A DNA stretch of 63,975 nt, filler included, from Asterionella formosa (lineage: Eukaryota), in NCBI GenBank assembly GCA_002256025.1. It is 24 parts of 24 records of this genome, joined end to end, with 100 filler letters (N's around TTAATTAATTAA, not from the genome) between each part and the next. Parts side by side here need not be neighbours in the genome. Positions count along the whole stretch, not along the records: positions 8,035 to 10,612 come from NKIB01015102.1; positions 10,713 to 13,289 come from NKIB01015103.1; positions 13,390 to 15,964 come from NKIB01015104.1; positions 16,065 to 18,637 come from NKIB01015106.1; positions 18,738 to 21,310 come from NKIB01015107.1; 19 more parts are not named here. One strand, 5' to 3'. Shown here one piece after another: positions 9,834 through 21,410 of this stretch. Made by a program: the position numbers and the translations under genes. The notes below the pieces were generated by a model. That model was given only the letters and a program-made list of their open reading frames with translations, made no database searches and was not told where the DNA came from. The stretch's first letter is position 1. Each line of letters begins with the position of its first letter.

Positions 9834-10442
9834 TGTTGTAGAGTCTAGATTATACTAGTTAGGTGGAGCGAATAATGGGATGCACAAAGAAACCTACTGG
9901 GACTGGAAATATTGATGCCCTTTCATAGAATACCAATAGCTACAACAATCAGTCTGCTCTTTGGTTCATACTTGTTCTGTGTTAAATTGTCTAGTTGAAA
10001 TATCACAGATCTTACTTTTAAGATCTCTAAAGCTGAAAACGTATTTTCACTTTACACTTTGTAATATTGTGAGCTTTCTGTTAATAGTCTATCTAGTCTT
10101 GTTCTTGCCTGATTACTCATGTAATCCCGAACAAGACTTCTCACACTTTCCTTGATCCCGTCAAAATGATCTTGCTTACTTTGACAATAAGTAAGCATAT
10201 TCATTTGACAATAAGTGAGCAGCACTTATTCTTTTGACAATAAGTGAGCATCTGATTCACTTGTCAATAAGTAACATCTCCAGTCATTTGTCAATAAGTA
10301 AACATCTCCAGTCCAGTCATTTGTCAATAAGTAAACATCTCCAGTCATTTGTCAATAAATGACGAGATGTTTTTGGGTCTTGGTTTCTAATCACTACAAA
10401 GAATATTGATTCTCGATTCGTTGGATTCCATATATTTTATCA
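9834..10442 (-). mobile_element. Putative 3' LTR (about 609 bp) of a Copia element
   Basis: It begins TGATAAAA directly after a polypurine tract AGGGAGGG that follows the RNase H end. The candidate end ...CTACAACA at 9834 is less certain. Confidence 0.55.
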
Positions 10443-10612
10443 CCCTCCCTGATCTCGAAACCAACAATCCATGGTCCCATTCATAATGTGGGTTGCATGA
10501 GTGTCATGAATTTTCTGAGTGACATTCTTTGAAAGTAGGTCTGCAGGATTCTTTAAAGTATTCACATAGTCAACTCTAATATCCCCAGCCTTCACCTTTT
10601 CTCGAATGAAAT
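10440..10612 (-). mobile_element. pol: Copia pol C-terminus (RNase H) and PPT
   Basis: Manual translation FIREKVKAGDIRVDYVNTLKNPADLLSKNVT...DQGG* matches the Ty1/Copia RNase H ADxxTK region; not in the ORF track. Confidence 0.85.
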
Positions 10613-10713
10613 NNNNNNNNNNNNNNNNNNNNNNNNNNNNNNNNNNNNNNNNNNNNTTAATTAATTAANNNNNNNNNNNNNNNNNNNNNNNNNNNNNNNN
10701 NNNNNNNNNNNNC

Positions 10714-11147
10714 GATATCGGAACAGTCATTGAAGCTTTACTATTAAGTTTAGCCAGAGCCGGTCACAAGACAAAGTATGTCCGTTGCGATGACGCAGGC
10801 GAGAATACTAAACAATTGAGAAAGGTATGTGAAAATCGCGGTATAAAAATGGAATTTACTGCCCCGCACACTCCACAACACAATGGTGTAGTGGAACGCG
10901 GTTTTGTCATTGTGCAACAGAGGGCAATAGCAATGATGCTAAGTGCAAAACTAACAGATGAGTACCAAGGGCTATTATGGGCAGAGGCGGTACATACAGG
11001 TACATGTTTAACAAATAGTACAGTTAACTCAGTAACTAAAAGAAGTCCCGACGTCATGTTCTATGGCGAAATGAATCCAAGAAGGCCCTACAAGTTATAC
11101 AAGCAATTTGGGCGCGTAGGCTGGGTTACTGAAAGACACGGCATTAA
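10714..11147 (+). mobile_element. pol: Copia integrase core, interrupted at a TTAA
   Basis: YVRCDDAGEN...FTAPHTPQHNGVVERGF...LWAEAV is the rve-type D,D35E core; open from the contig start. Confidence 0.9.
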
Positions 11148-11763
11148 GGTTGCTGCATTTGAACCCCTAGCTCGAGGTAGGGTTTAAAAAAAAATATTCA
11201 GTCAGACTAATCAAACACATACTTTTCACATTCAAATTAAAAATGTATAACGCTCAACGGAGCTTACACCAATACACACCCTTTCCATATGCTTAAATAC
11301 AGTCTTCGGACAAAGTAGGGGTGTAGGTTCACTCTATATATCGTCAGTATATAGGATCTGGTCAGAAACTGCAGAAAGGAACTTCGGTTTTTTAACTAGG
11401 CTAAAAAGACTCGAAATTTCGGGGAAAATCTGTTTATTTGGCATAGTAAAAAAACCGAAGTTCCTTTCTGCAGTTTCTCGCCAGAAGTTATATACTGATG
11501 CTATTTGAAAGTTACCTATGTATCTAAATCGCCGTCAGACCCAGCCAACGTTTAGCTATCGTCGTCCAAAAACTCGACAAAATCGGCCTTTTCTACGGTC
11601 GCCAAAATATCGGAATCAGAATTATTAAGTGCCGAAATGTCATCATTGGAATGGCAGTCGTGTGCCGGAATTTTGAGTCCTAAAATCTCCTGTCCGAAAA
11701 AAATTCCATTGTGAGTACCCGCTTCCATATATATAATATGATTGGTCAGCATGAAGTACATTC
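11148..11763 (+). mobile_element. Kolobok-like element inserted at a TTAA in the integrase, itself interrupted by an LTR element
   Basis: TTAA|GGTTGCTGCATTTGAACCCCTAGCTCGAGGTAGGGTT; homologous to 8035..8338; internal inverted repeat of about 40 bp at about 11359..11399 and 11445..11484. Membership of the part beyond about 11510 is assumed. Confidence 0.6.
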
Positions 11764-11882
11764 TGTTAATATCTGCATATGATGCTCCATACATGAGTGC
11801 TAACAACGATGTACTTGGAACAGCAATAGAATAGTCATAATATTGTAGTTCACCTTTATTCACGATAAGGTTCCCCTCAACA
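11764..11882 (+). mobile_element. Short 5' LTR (119 bp) of a CoDi-like Copia element
   Basis: TGTTAA...TCAACA termini directly upstream of the gag leader; length almost identical to the independent 118-bp LTR at 23160..23277. Confidence 0.65.
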
Positions 11883-12029
11883 GAACTACAATATCTGTTC
11901 TTTCTCTCTTGTCCGCACCTGCGAAGTTGCGGCTCTTGTCGACAGTGCAAACCAGCACTGGTCTCAACAATCAACCGTCCAGCATCGCTTGCCCGTTCGC
12001 TGTCCCTGTCTCTCAGGCCTTCTTCCACC

Positions 12030-13289
12030 ATGACGACTCCAATCGTTTCCGCTGTTTTCCATTCCCTCATCCGCTCTTGACGCCAATCGAGGGCAAACCT
12101 ACAGCCTTCACTTTAACCCGCCTTCGCAAGGAACTCTTTGCCAACGCTTGCTCTGTCCACTGTACCAGTGGTGGTGATGCCAATGGTTTCCTTGGTATTG
12201 TCATGGCTGCTGCTCCTTATCTTTTACGTGCCGGTGAACCCTTTGTACCGCCCAAACATCCCGGCATCCAGCCGCCACACAGTGCTACTGCAACACAGTC
12301 CCAAATCACTGCTGCCAACCGTCTCTTTGACACCTCCCTTGACGCATTCCGCCGTTACTCCCAAATCCGTGAAATTCTCCGACAACAAATTCTAACAGCC
12401 ATTGACCCAACTTACTACAACGTTCTGGAAGATGATACATTTGGATATGCAGACATCACTGTTCTGACCTTGGTTGCTCACTTAGAATCTGCATATGCAA
12501 CATTGAGTGCGGATGATTTGGAACTCAATCGCATGCGCTTGGCCGATGCTTGGACACCAGTGGAACCTATTGAGCATTTATGGATCCACATCAAACATCT
12601 TCGTGCCATTGCCAATTCTGGTGGGGAACCTTTCTCGGACAGTACTGTCATGCGATTGACTCTTTCTGCTTTAGAACAGGCTGGTGTATATTCTCATAGC
12701 ATTCAAACTTGGCGTGATCGCGCTGAGCTGGACCGTACATGGGTTAATTTTTGCCCGCATTTCATGCATGCTGATAAGGAACGATTGTGCCTTGCCACCG
12801 CCACCACTGCCAGTTATCATGGTGCCCATGCTGCCATTCAAACCAGTGGCCCTCCCCCATTGCCAGCTATTGCTGCCACTGCTCGTGCTGTCCCTTCTGG
12901 ATACACTTACAACAATGTCCAATTAGGCTATTGTTGGACTCATGGTCTTACCAAAAACCCTGACCATACCAGTGCAACTTGCAATCATCCAGCTTCTGGC
13001 CATCAACTCAATGCCACCTTTGATCGACGTCTGGGTGGCAGCATCCGTCTTTTCAGTGATGGTCCCCGTAATACCCGGCCACCCCGTGTTTCACCGCCAC
13101 CTTCACCACTTGCTTGATGTGGAGGGGAGCAAGTTGCTGTCGATAATACTATTAAGACAAACTTATCTCCCATCACTTGTCCCTCCATCACACTCATTGC
13201 TGATTCTGGTAGTTCTGGCAATTATACAGCTGTTGATTTACCTATCATCAACAAATGACCTACCACCAACACTATCACCATTCAACTTC
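12030..13289 (+). mobile_element. gag-pol: CoDi-like Copia gag plus the start of protease, slightly decayed
   Basis: LTPIEGKP...ELFANACSV...GGDANGFLG and YCWTHG...HTSATC...GH...AT...R.GGS motifs; after TGA 13115..13117 the same frame reads LIADSGSSGNY (protease). The probable ATG at 12030 is one frameshift away from the main frame; a second stop lies at 13256. Confidence 0.8.
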
Positions 13290-13769
13290 NNNNNNNNNNN
13301 NNNNNNNNNNNNNNNNNNNNNNNNNNNNNNNNNTTAATTAATTAANNNNNNNNNNNNNNNNNNNNNNNNNNNNNNNNNNNNNNNNNNNNCGATGACTATG
13401 ATAATGGTTTATTCCTTGATAGTTTAGTAGATCATGATGCTGCTGCTATTAATGGTCCAATCATTCAGAACGGGGAAATAAACAACATTATAAACCCTAC
13501 CAACTTCCGATTTCGCGCACAAAGTATATCCGTTTCGTCCACTTCAGCATGAGAATCTCGCCAATCAACCCGTAAACAAACACATTCTACTTGTTCTCGT
13601 TGAAATTTTCAATTCTCACATGATAATACATCTACTATTTCGATTCAGCATAGAAGGAGATACGAAAATGTGCGTAACAGACTACTGTCCACATAGCTAT
13701 AGTCATAGAATGATTCTGATTAGGACGCATTTCATTTTCATGTCGCTTGCTCGTTTCTGCATTTGGCAT

Positions 13770-14185
13770 ACTGTACTTGAATTAACTATTGAACTTGTCC
13801 GCATCTTTGATACCATCAAGAGAGCGAAAGCAAGTGGCTCTTTTCACTGTTGTTTGCTCGTAGGAAGAATTTGATATCTGTATCGTCATTTGCTTGTTGG
13901 AATTGTCCGTTGCCTCAAACTTGCTTGGCGTGTGCGTGCACACACTGTCAACTTGTTTTCAATGGTATGTTGTTCTTGTATTCACTGTTGAACTTGTCCG
14001 TATCTTTGTTACCATCAATAGAGCGACAAGTGGGTCTCTTCATTGTTGTTTGCTCCTGGAAAAGTCGGTGTCGGTGTCCGTGTCCGTGTCATCCTCATCA
14101 ATAGAGAGACAAGTTCTTTCGTTGGAAAAATTGGTACAGTATCATCATTTGCTCGTTGGAACCACTGTCCGTTGCCTCAAACCTG
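13770..14185. repeat. Diverged tandem repeat of about 199 bp
   Basis: TTGAACTTGTCCG(C/T)ATCTTTG at 13789 and 13988; TGTCCGTTGCCTCAAAC recurs at about 13903 and 14166. Confidence 0.7.
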
Positions 14186-14219
14186 ATTAGCGTTTGAGTA
14201 CCGGTACCCGGTATGTGCA

Positions 14220-15593
14220 CTGTCATGAACATATGGTGTTCTATTTGTTTTGAGTTTTACGATTATACGATCCTAAAACTATGATGATTTACTGTCCCAC
14301 TGTAATTGCAACAGTCATGAACATATGGTGTTCTTTTGAATTTTAGTTTTATGATCATACGATCCTAAAACTATGATGATTTACTGTCCCACTATAATTG
14401 CAGCAGTCATGAACATGTGGTGTTCTTTTGGTTTTTAGTTTTATGATCATACAATCCTAAAACTATGATGATTTACTGTCCCACTGCAGTAGCAACAGTC
14501 CTGAACATATGGTGTTCTGTTGCTAGTTTACTACTCCGACTACCCCCAGTATATCAATTACCACCTGCTACTGGTACTCTGTATATATATATGATATATT
14601 GTTATTGTCATATGATGTACCAGTACACATAAAGAGCTCCCGACCAAAAAAGGGGCTTAATCAATTTGCTATCATAACCCTGGCGGCTATTTAACGGTCT
14701 AAATAATTAGTTTCAACGGACATAAAAAATATCGATGCAAACAAATTTCAGAAACAATTCCGGTACACGTAGTCGTGGAAAACAATGGACATATAGTGCA
14801 TTGAGTATTTTCGAATTATGTATATGCGAGTATGATCATCTCAACCATAATATCAGATGTTCCATATCGAGAGCGCCTTTGAATATAATAAATATATAAC
14901 ACTTAATATATATATATATTTACAAATTTTATTACTATATTCATGGCATATATATTTTTGAAATCGTTCTGTCATGTTAACAAACAATGCCTGCTGCTTC
15001 ATGAAAAGATACGTCGTAGTAAAGCACAGTAAAAGAAAAGAAAATTTTCGCAATACATAACGAAAAACATTGTGACTATGACACATTGCGCCTTCGAAGG
15101 ATGGAGAATGTTTAAGGTAATGAAGCCATCAATGTGGTAGCTACTTGGATGACAATCGTTGGGAGGCAGGACAACAACAAATTGTTAACTAAACGCAGCC
15201 ACATTTCCTTTTTTCTCAGTTGATTAAACAGCTCGTTTCGCTTGTTGGGGAGCGCACCAATGTAAAACAAAACAAAATTGCGTAAGTGCTCTTGTCGCTC
15301 GTTGGACCTATTCACTTCTGTTGGAACAAAGCTGACAAAACGTTTACCTTCTCTCAAAGTTAAGATGACAAAAATGTACCGGTAAGTTTATTCAACAACA
15401 TTGGATACCCGAAACTTACTTATTCAAGAATTTGGCTTACTGACAAGTTACTATTACAGACTTATGCATCAGTTGCATTGATTTGTGGTAAGTGAAGCAA
15501 GAGGATACGATGGAATTGCGTGTCGTTGTTTCAATGTAACATGACTGCTAGCTAACAAATCATTCCTTCTCATTGTTTCTGTAACTGCATAGG
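14220..15593 (+). repeat. Dispersed repeat (non-autonomous element body) beginning with a minisatellite of about 90 bp
   Basis: Colinear with about 19640..21001; the unit ATCCTAAAACTATGATGATTTACTGTCCCACT...AACAGTC.TGAACATATGGTGTTC is repeated. Confidence 0.9.
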
Positions 15594-16064
15594 TTGCTGC
15601 AATGTAAATTGAATCCTTGACTCAAATGAAAGAACTCTGCAATACAGTTGAATGGTGAGTGTGTTCTTGTTGTGTACCTAAATGCTAGTATGGCTTGTCA
15701 GCTCACGCATTGTTGTTGACAACAGGCAGGGACAATGAGGTCCGGAATGAACTGTGTGTTGCTTTCTGCTGTTGCTAGTTCTATCATATACATTACTGAC
15801 ACACTGTTGTTATGAAAATCTCTGCAGGTCAATGAAGAAGTCATTTCAAGTACAAGAAGGAAATCAGTGTGTGAGGATGCATTCATGTTGCAACTTCGTA
15901 GAATGATGCCTGTTCAAGAGTGAATAATTTTCCCCTTCTGAATGAATGGCTTCTCCTTGTCTTGNNNNNNNNNNNNNNNNNNNNNNNNNNNNNNNNNNNN
16001 NNNNNNNNTTAATTAATTAANNNNNNNNNNNNNNNNNNNNNNNNNNNNNNNNNNNNNNNNNNNN

Positions 16065-17163
16065 ATGTTGGATCATCGGAGCCTGATTGATAGCTAGTTA
16101 CGCCCGGCTTTAAAGTTAGACCCTGTCTACTTGGCATTCGAGAGCCGGGCGACATTTCCGGTGCAATGCTTGTGTGCAAATACATTACTGTCGGCAAGCT
16201 TGATGGTACCATCGTAGAAGATGTTGGGGCAGTTGAAGAAGCTTTTGTGGGTGCTCGAGGGCAAATATCCAACGAGTAACAAAATAAATCACATTTCGGT
16301 TCTGTACAATTTCCAAGGCGAGCTACAATTCCATTGCAAGTGTCACTATCATCACCACAGTTTCCCTTATTGATTGCCAACTCAGCATCCAATCCCAATA
16401 CAAGTGGTGCCCGCCCTGTCAAGACGACATTGTTTCTCAGCTCTGAATTGGTGACTAGCAGTGTGCCTCCCAGGGATCCTACCAAGTCATCATTCACCTC
16501 ATTCCCAGAAAATATTGTCCCCGTGACAGTTAAAACTCCCGAAGATTGGATAATTATGGAACGATCGACTGTATTGCCTTGAAAACTGCATCCATGGATG
16601 TCGACCTTAAGGTTGGACTCTTTTTTCCTTCGGACTTGAACCATTCGATTGCCTAAAAAGTCATGCGTAGTTGAGATGTTTCCAGCGCCCATAGAAGGTG
16701 CGTCGTACACGACGGGATCTATGCTGATCGCAGATGTACCAGTGATTCCGTTCCAAACACAGCCTTTGAATGTTATGGCAGTACTCCCGTTTGGGGTCCC
16801 GGTATAGATGGATATTGATGTTTGAGATGATTTGGCAAAGACAATGCCTGAAAATTCGACGAATGTAATGTTCTCGCCATCCAAAATGATTTGCTCACGA
16901 CCACCCTGGATGGTGCAGGGGTAAGTGCCGACACATTCCATCTTCATGTTCCTCGTTATTCTCAGCGTGTCCTGTTCTCCTAGCGTCACGAGTGAGCAAA
17001 GGAGAATTACTTCTTTCCCACTGCTGATAGCCTTCTGCAGTTCGACATGTTTGGAAAAAGAGCCCTTAGGACATCCTGGCTCTGCCCCGCCAACAAGGGT
17101 CATGAACAAGATGAACAAGGTGAGCCATACCGACATGACAGATGAATTTCGAAGCCTTCTCAT
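16065..17163 (-). CDS. Secreted protein with a pectin-lyase-like beta-helix domain and an S/T/P-rich tail (3'-truncated)
   Basis: Signal peptide (VWLTLFILFMTLVGGA), C...CTIQGG, repeated FxGN/FSGN turns, APT/LPT-rich C-terminus. The ATG at 17163 is preferred over the ORF start, which lies inside a GGTACC array. Confidence 0.7.
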
Positions 17164-17979
17164 TGAAAGTATTTTGGGCACTATTGGTGTTGAATCACTT
17201 TCTCTTTGTTGTATGTATCCTGGTACCTTCAATGTGACAACCCTCCCAATTAGGTACCAGGTACCAGGTACCATTTGCATTGTATCATATCACTTACTAG
17301 ATATTTTGGCCTCAATAGTGGATGTGACATGGCTGACAATTTCGGGATATACAAGATAAACATAATTTGGAGTAATGTTTTATTTTTGTACTATGAAATA
17401 GATTTTGACAAAATGAACTCAAACAACGACGCCGCAAACGTACAAAATATACCGGTATATATATTTTAATTTGTTACATATATCCCATATGACATGACCC
17501 GAAGAAATTCGTCCAAATCGCGCTGTTAAAATGTCTTTTCGGCGGCAATTTTTTTAAAGTAAAATCATGATGCCATCTGAAATGAACTGCTATGTCGAGT
17601 CCACATCGATATTATGACCATCAGCATGTAAAAAAATACCGGTGGACAAAACTACATAAAAATTTATACATGAATCTACCCTTATATATTGGTATACCGG
17701 GACTTTTCCCAAAAAGAGAAAACTATTCGTTTACAAATAGTTTTCTCTCTTTCAACCCTGTTTGGGAAAAGTCCTACTGGTATTATTCAACAGTGTCAAA
17801 CAAGGCAGAAAATCGAGGAGAGTGGGAAATCCAGTCCACCTGCAGAGCAACAGGTACACATCAGGTGGGCATGTACCCATCACACCAACACCAGCCACTA
17901 TGCAATAGCAATTCCTGCAAGGGCACACATCAAAGCAGATTAGATATTCACATTAGAAAGCCTGACTTGGAGACACAAA

Positions 17980-18637
17980 TAACATGGGGAGACAAATTGG
18001 AAACAGTCAGCCCTACTAGCTAGGACAACATTGCACATGTATTTTCAGAACATTAAGGGACTGCATCTTCAGAGAACACAATTGGACATTTAAAAAAATT
18101 ATTTGGAAACAATGCAAAATATGGGGTTGGGATTATTTGGATTGGCAGAAACATACACAAATTGCCTTGACTTGTCCACACAAATTGAATACAGAGAGGC
18201 GGTGTTGAAAGCCCTGACGGTTGCAAAAAGTACTTCCTCCACAAGTGCTATCCACTCAGCGTCAAAGTACAAACCAGGTGGCGCACACCATCAGCATTGT
18301 TGGTAAATGGTGTAGTCATTTGGAAAAGAGTCAGGAATGGATTCAATGGGAATGGGAAGATGGAGCTATCAGATTTTGAAAGGAAGAAATGGAATAGGAA
18401 TAACCATAAAATAATTACCGGTACCAAGTAACTGGTAAGCAGCCTCCCTCACCATGGAGAGCGATGTATATTTACAGCTACACCATCAAATAAGTCCGTT
18501 TCAGCGCCATAGCGGGTACACAGTATACAACATGCTACAAGCAGATGAAAGGAGCACAGGAATTGACAAGAAACACATGGAGATAGACCAAAATGACCGA
18601 GATCCACCCAACAGCATCAGTAAATTGAGTAAGGCTA
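17980..18637 (+). pseudogene. Degenerate APE endonuclease of a non-LTR retrotransposon
   Basis: Frame-shifted remnants WGDKL, FQNIKG, GLAET, SKYKPGG and DSMGMGRWSYQILKG, parallel to the endonuclease at 53435. Confidence 0.65.
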
Positions 18638-18739
18638 NNNNNNNNNNNNNNNNNNNNNNNNNNNNNNNNNNNNNNNNNNNNTTAATTAATTAANNNNNNN
18701 NNNNNNNNNNNNNNNNNNNNNNNNNNNNNNNNNNNNNTT

Positions 18740-18958
18740 GCAGGTCATTATTGGAACCCTTCGAACTACGGTACTGTTGATCCTTGGACTGTTGTCAATG
18801 GGTCTTACTACAATTCGGATGCCATTGGACATGCTGATAGGTACTTTCATTTAGATGATGGCTATGGCATTGACCTCAATTATAGACATGCAGTGGTCTT
18901 CCATGATGGAACTGGTACACGTATTGCATGTGGTGTATTGTCCATTATGGAACTTTAG
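18740..18958 (+). CDS. C-terminal part of a Cu/Zn-superoxide-dismutase-fold protein (Cu-only SOD-like)
   Basis: Manual translation AGHYWNPSNYGTVDPW...YRHAVVFHDGTGTRIACGVLSIMEL*; GHxxNP, AVVFH and RIACG are Sod_Cu motifs. Missed by the ORF track. Confidence 0.75.
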   Translation, partial: AGHYWNPSNYGTVDPWTVVNGSYYNSDAIGHADRYFHLDDGYGIDLNYRHAVVFHDGTGTRIACGVLSIMEL

Positions 18959-19088
18959 ATACAATACATGAGCAACTGTTCCAATTGTGTCATGCTTGAT
19001 TATATTTTGTAAAAGTCCTTTGATTGCTCTATATCATGTGCGTACCAGTTTTTCAATGGTTCTACCATCTACTTCTGTGTCCTGATAA

Positions 19089-21001
19089 CTCTTCCCAGTT
19101 TTCATGTAATGTAGGTTACTACCGGTACTAGGTAATTGTACTTCTACTAGTAGTAAGCAACCCAATATTTCTATGTGATTATTATTACTCAAAATCAACA
19201 CTGGTGGAGTTATGTTTGCTGACGAGGATGGTAGTATTGTTTGTCAAATATGTGCCGAACAAGGTCCATTCAAGTTACCAATTCAGAAGCCTAAAGCACA
19301 TTAGAGACTGATGCTGATACTTGCTTGTTCAGCAAACTTTAGCTACCGGTTATTCTTATTTTTCTCTCGCCAGCACAGCACTGCAACGACAGCAAATATC
19401 ATGGATCTGTGTGACAATAACAATAAGGACAAATGTCAATTCTGTGGTAAAGGTCCTTTTAAATCAATTCGTGCTCATCACAGACACAGCCCCTTGTGTG
19501 GGCAACAGTTTATGATTCAATCTCAGATTCAAGCATTGCAGACATCATCATTGGTAGCGACTTCGCCAAGAGATGGACGACACCACTCTCATACAATCCT
19601 AAAACTATGATGATTTACTATCCCACTGCAGTAGCAACAGTCCTGATTATTTGGTGTTCTATTGGTTTTTAGTTTTACAATTATACGATCCTAAAACTAT
19701 GATGATTTACTGTCCCACTGCAGTAGCAACAGTCCTGAACATATGATGTTCTATTGGTTTTTAGTTTTACGATCATACGATCCTAAAATTATGATCATTT
19801 ACTGTTCGAATGCAGTAGCAACAGTCCTGAACATATGATGTTCTATTGGTTTTTAGTTTTACAATCATACGATCCTCAAACTATGATGATTTACTGTCTC
19901 ACTGCAGTAGCAACAGTCCTGAACATATGGTGTTCTGTTGCTAGTTTACTACTCCGACTATCCCCAGTATATCACTTACTACCTGCTACTGGTACTCTGT
20001 ATATATATATGATATATTGTTATTGTCATATGATGTACCGGTACACATGAAGAGCTTCCAACCAAAAAAGGGGCTTAAACAATTTGCTACCAAAACCCTT
20101 GCGGCAATTGAACGGTCTAAATAATTAGTTTCAACGGACTTAAAAAATATCGATGCAAACAAATTTCAGAAACAATACCGGTACATGTAGTCGTGGAAAA
20201 CAATGGACATATAGTGCATTGAGTATTTTCGAATTATGTATATGCAAGTATGATCATCCCAACCATATCAGATGTTCCATATCGAGAGCGCCTTTGAATT
20301 TTATAAATGTATAACACTTAATATATATATATTTACAAATTTTATTACTATATCCATGGCATATATATTTTTGAAATCGTTCTGTCATGTTAACAAACAA
20401 TGCCTGCTGCTTCATGAAAAGATACGTCGTAGTTAAGCACATGACAAGCAAAGAAAGTTTATGCAATACTTAACGAGAAACATTGTGGCTTCGACAAATT
20501 GCGCCTTCGAAGGATGGAGAATGTTTAAGGTAATGAAGCCATCAATGTGGTACTTGGATGACAATTGTTGGGAGGCAGGCAGGCAGCACAACAACAAATT
20601 GTTAACTAAACCCAGCCACATTTCCTTTTTTCTCAGTTGATTCAACAGCTCGTTTCGCTTGTTGGGGAGCACCAATGTAAAACAAAACCAAATTGCGTAA
20701 GTGCTCTTGTCGCTCGTTGGACCTATTCACTTCTGTTGGAACAAAACTGACAAAACGTTTACCTTCTCTCAAAGTTAAGCTGACAAAAATGAACCGGTAA
20801 GTTTTATTCGACAACATTGGATACCCGAAACTTACTTATTCAAGAATTTACTGACAGGTTACTATTACAGACTTATGCATCAGTTGCATTGATTTGTGGT
20901 AAGTGAAACAAGAGGATACGGTGGAATTGTGTGTCGTTGCGTCAATGTAACATGACTAGCTAACAAATCATTCCTTCTCATTGTTACTGTTTCTGCATAG
21001 G
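19089..21001 (+). mobile_element. Non-autonomous element with zinc-finger remnants and a minisatellite of about 90 bp (4 copies, about 19590..19940)
   Basis: The start matches 47961..47994 (30/34 nt); CQFCGKGPFKSIRAHHRHSPLC zinc finger; the body is shared with 14220..15593. Confidence 0.65.
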
Positions 21002-21410
21002 ACAATAAAACCAATGAAACAACGGAATAGTCGGTGAGTTCAGAGTGTCACTAATTGCAGGGAGAAATGCGAGTCATTAAGCACTGCATGGCGCAAGATT
21101 CAGAATAGAGGAAGGAAAGGGCAAGACAGGAACAATATACATTGAGCCGAGTAGAGAGAGAAACATTGGGTCACTGGCATGTAGTAGATCATTAATAGAT
21201 AGCATTGCTAAATTTGATAGTTAAATTACGATCCATTTCAATCTATTTTGAACAATGCTTGTGATTAGAATTATGATCATGTTTACGATAGATTTACGAT
21301 GAAACAATTCNNNNNNNNNNNNNNNNNNNNNNNNNNNNNNNNNNNNNNNNNNNNTTAATTAATTAANNNNNNNNNNNNNNNNNNNNNNNNNNNNNNNNNN
21401 NNNNNNNNNN

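Noticed and set aside
11552..12070. 172-aa minus-strand ORF
   Set aside because: It spans an LTR junction and the antisense gag leader; no recognisable motifs.
19590..19940. CRISPR-like array (also 14220..14520, 36002..36331, 55560..55987, 10181..10360)
   Set aside because: Whole units repeat with no unique spacers, there are no cas genes, and the DNA is eukaryotic.
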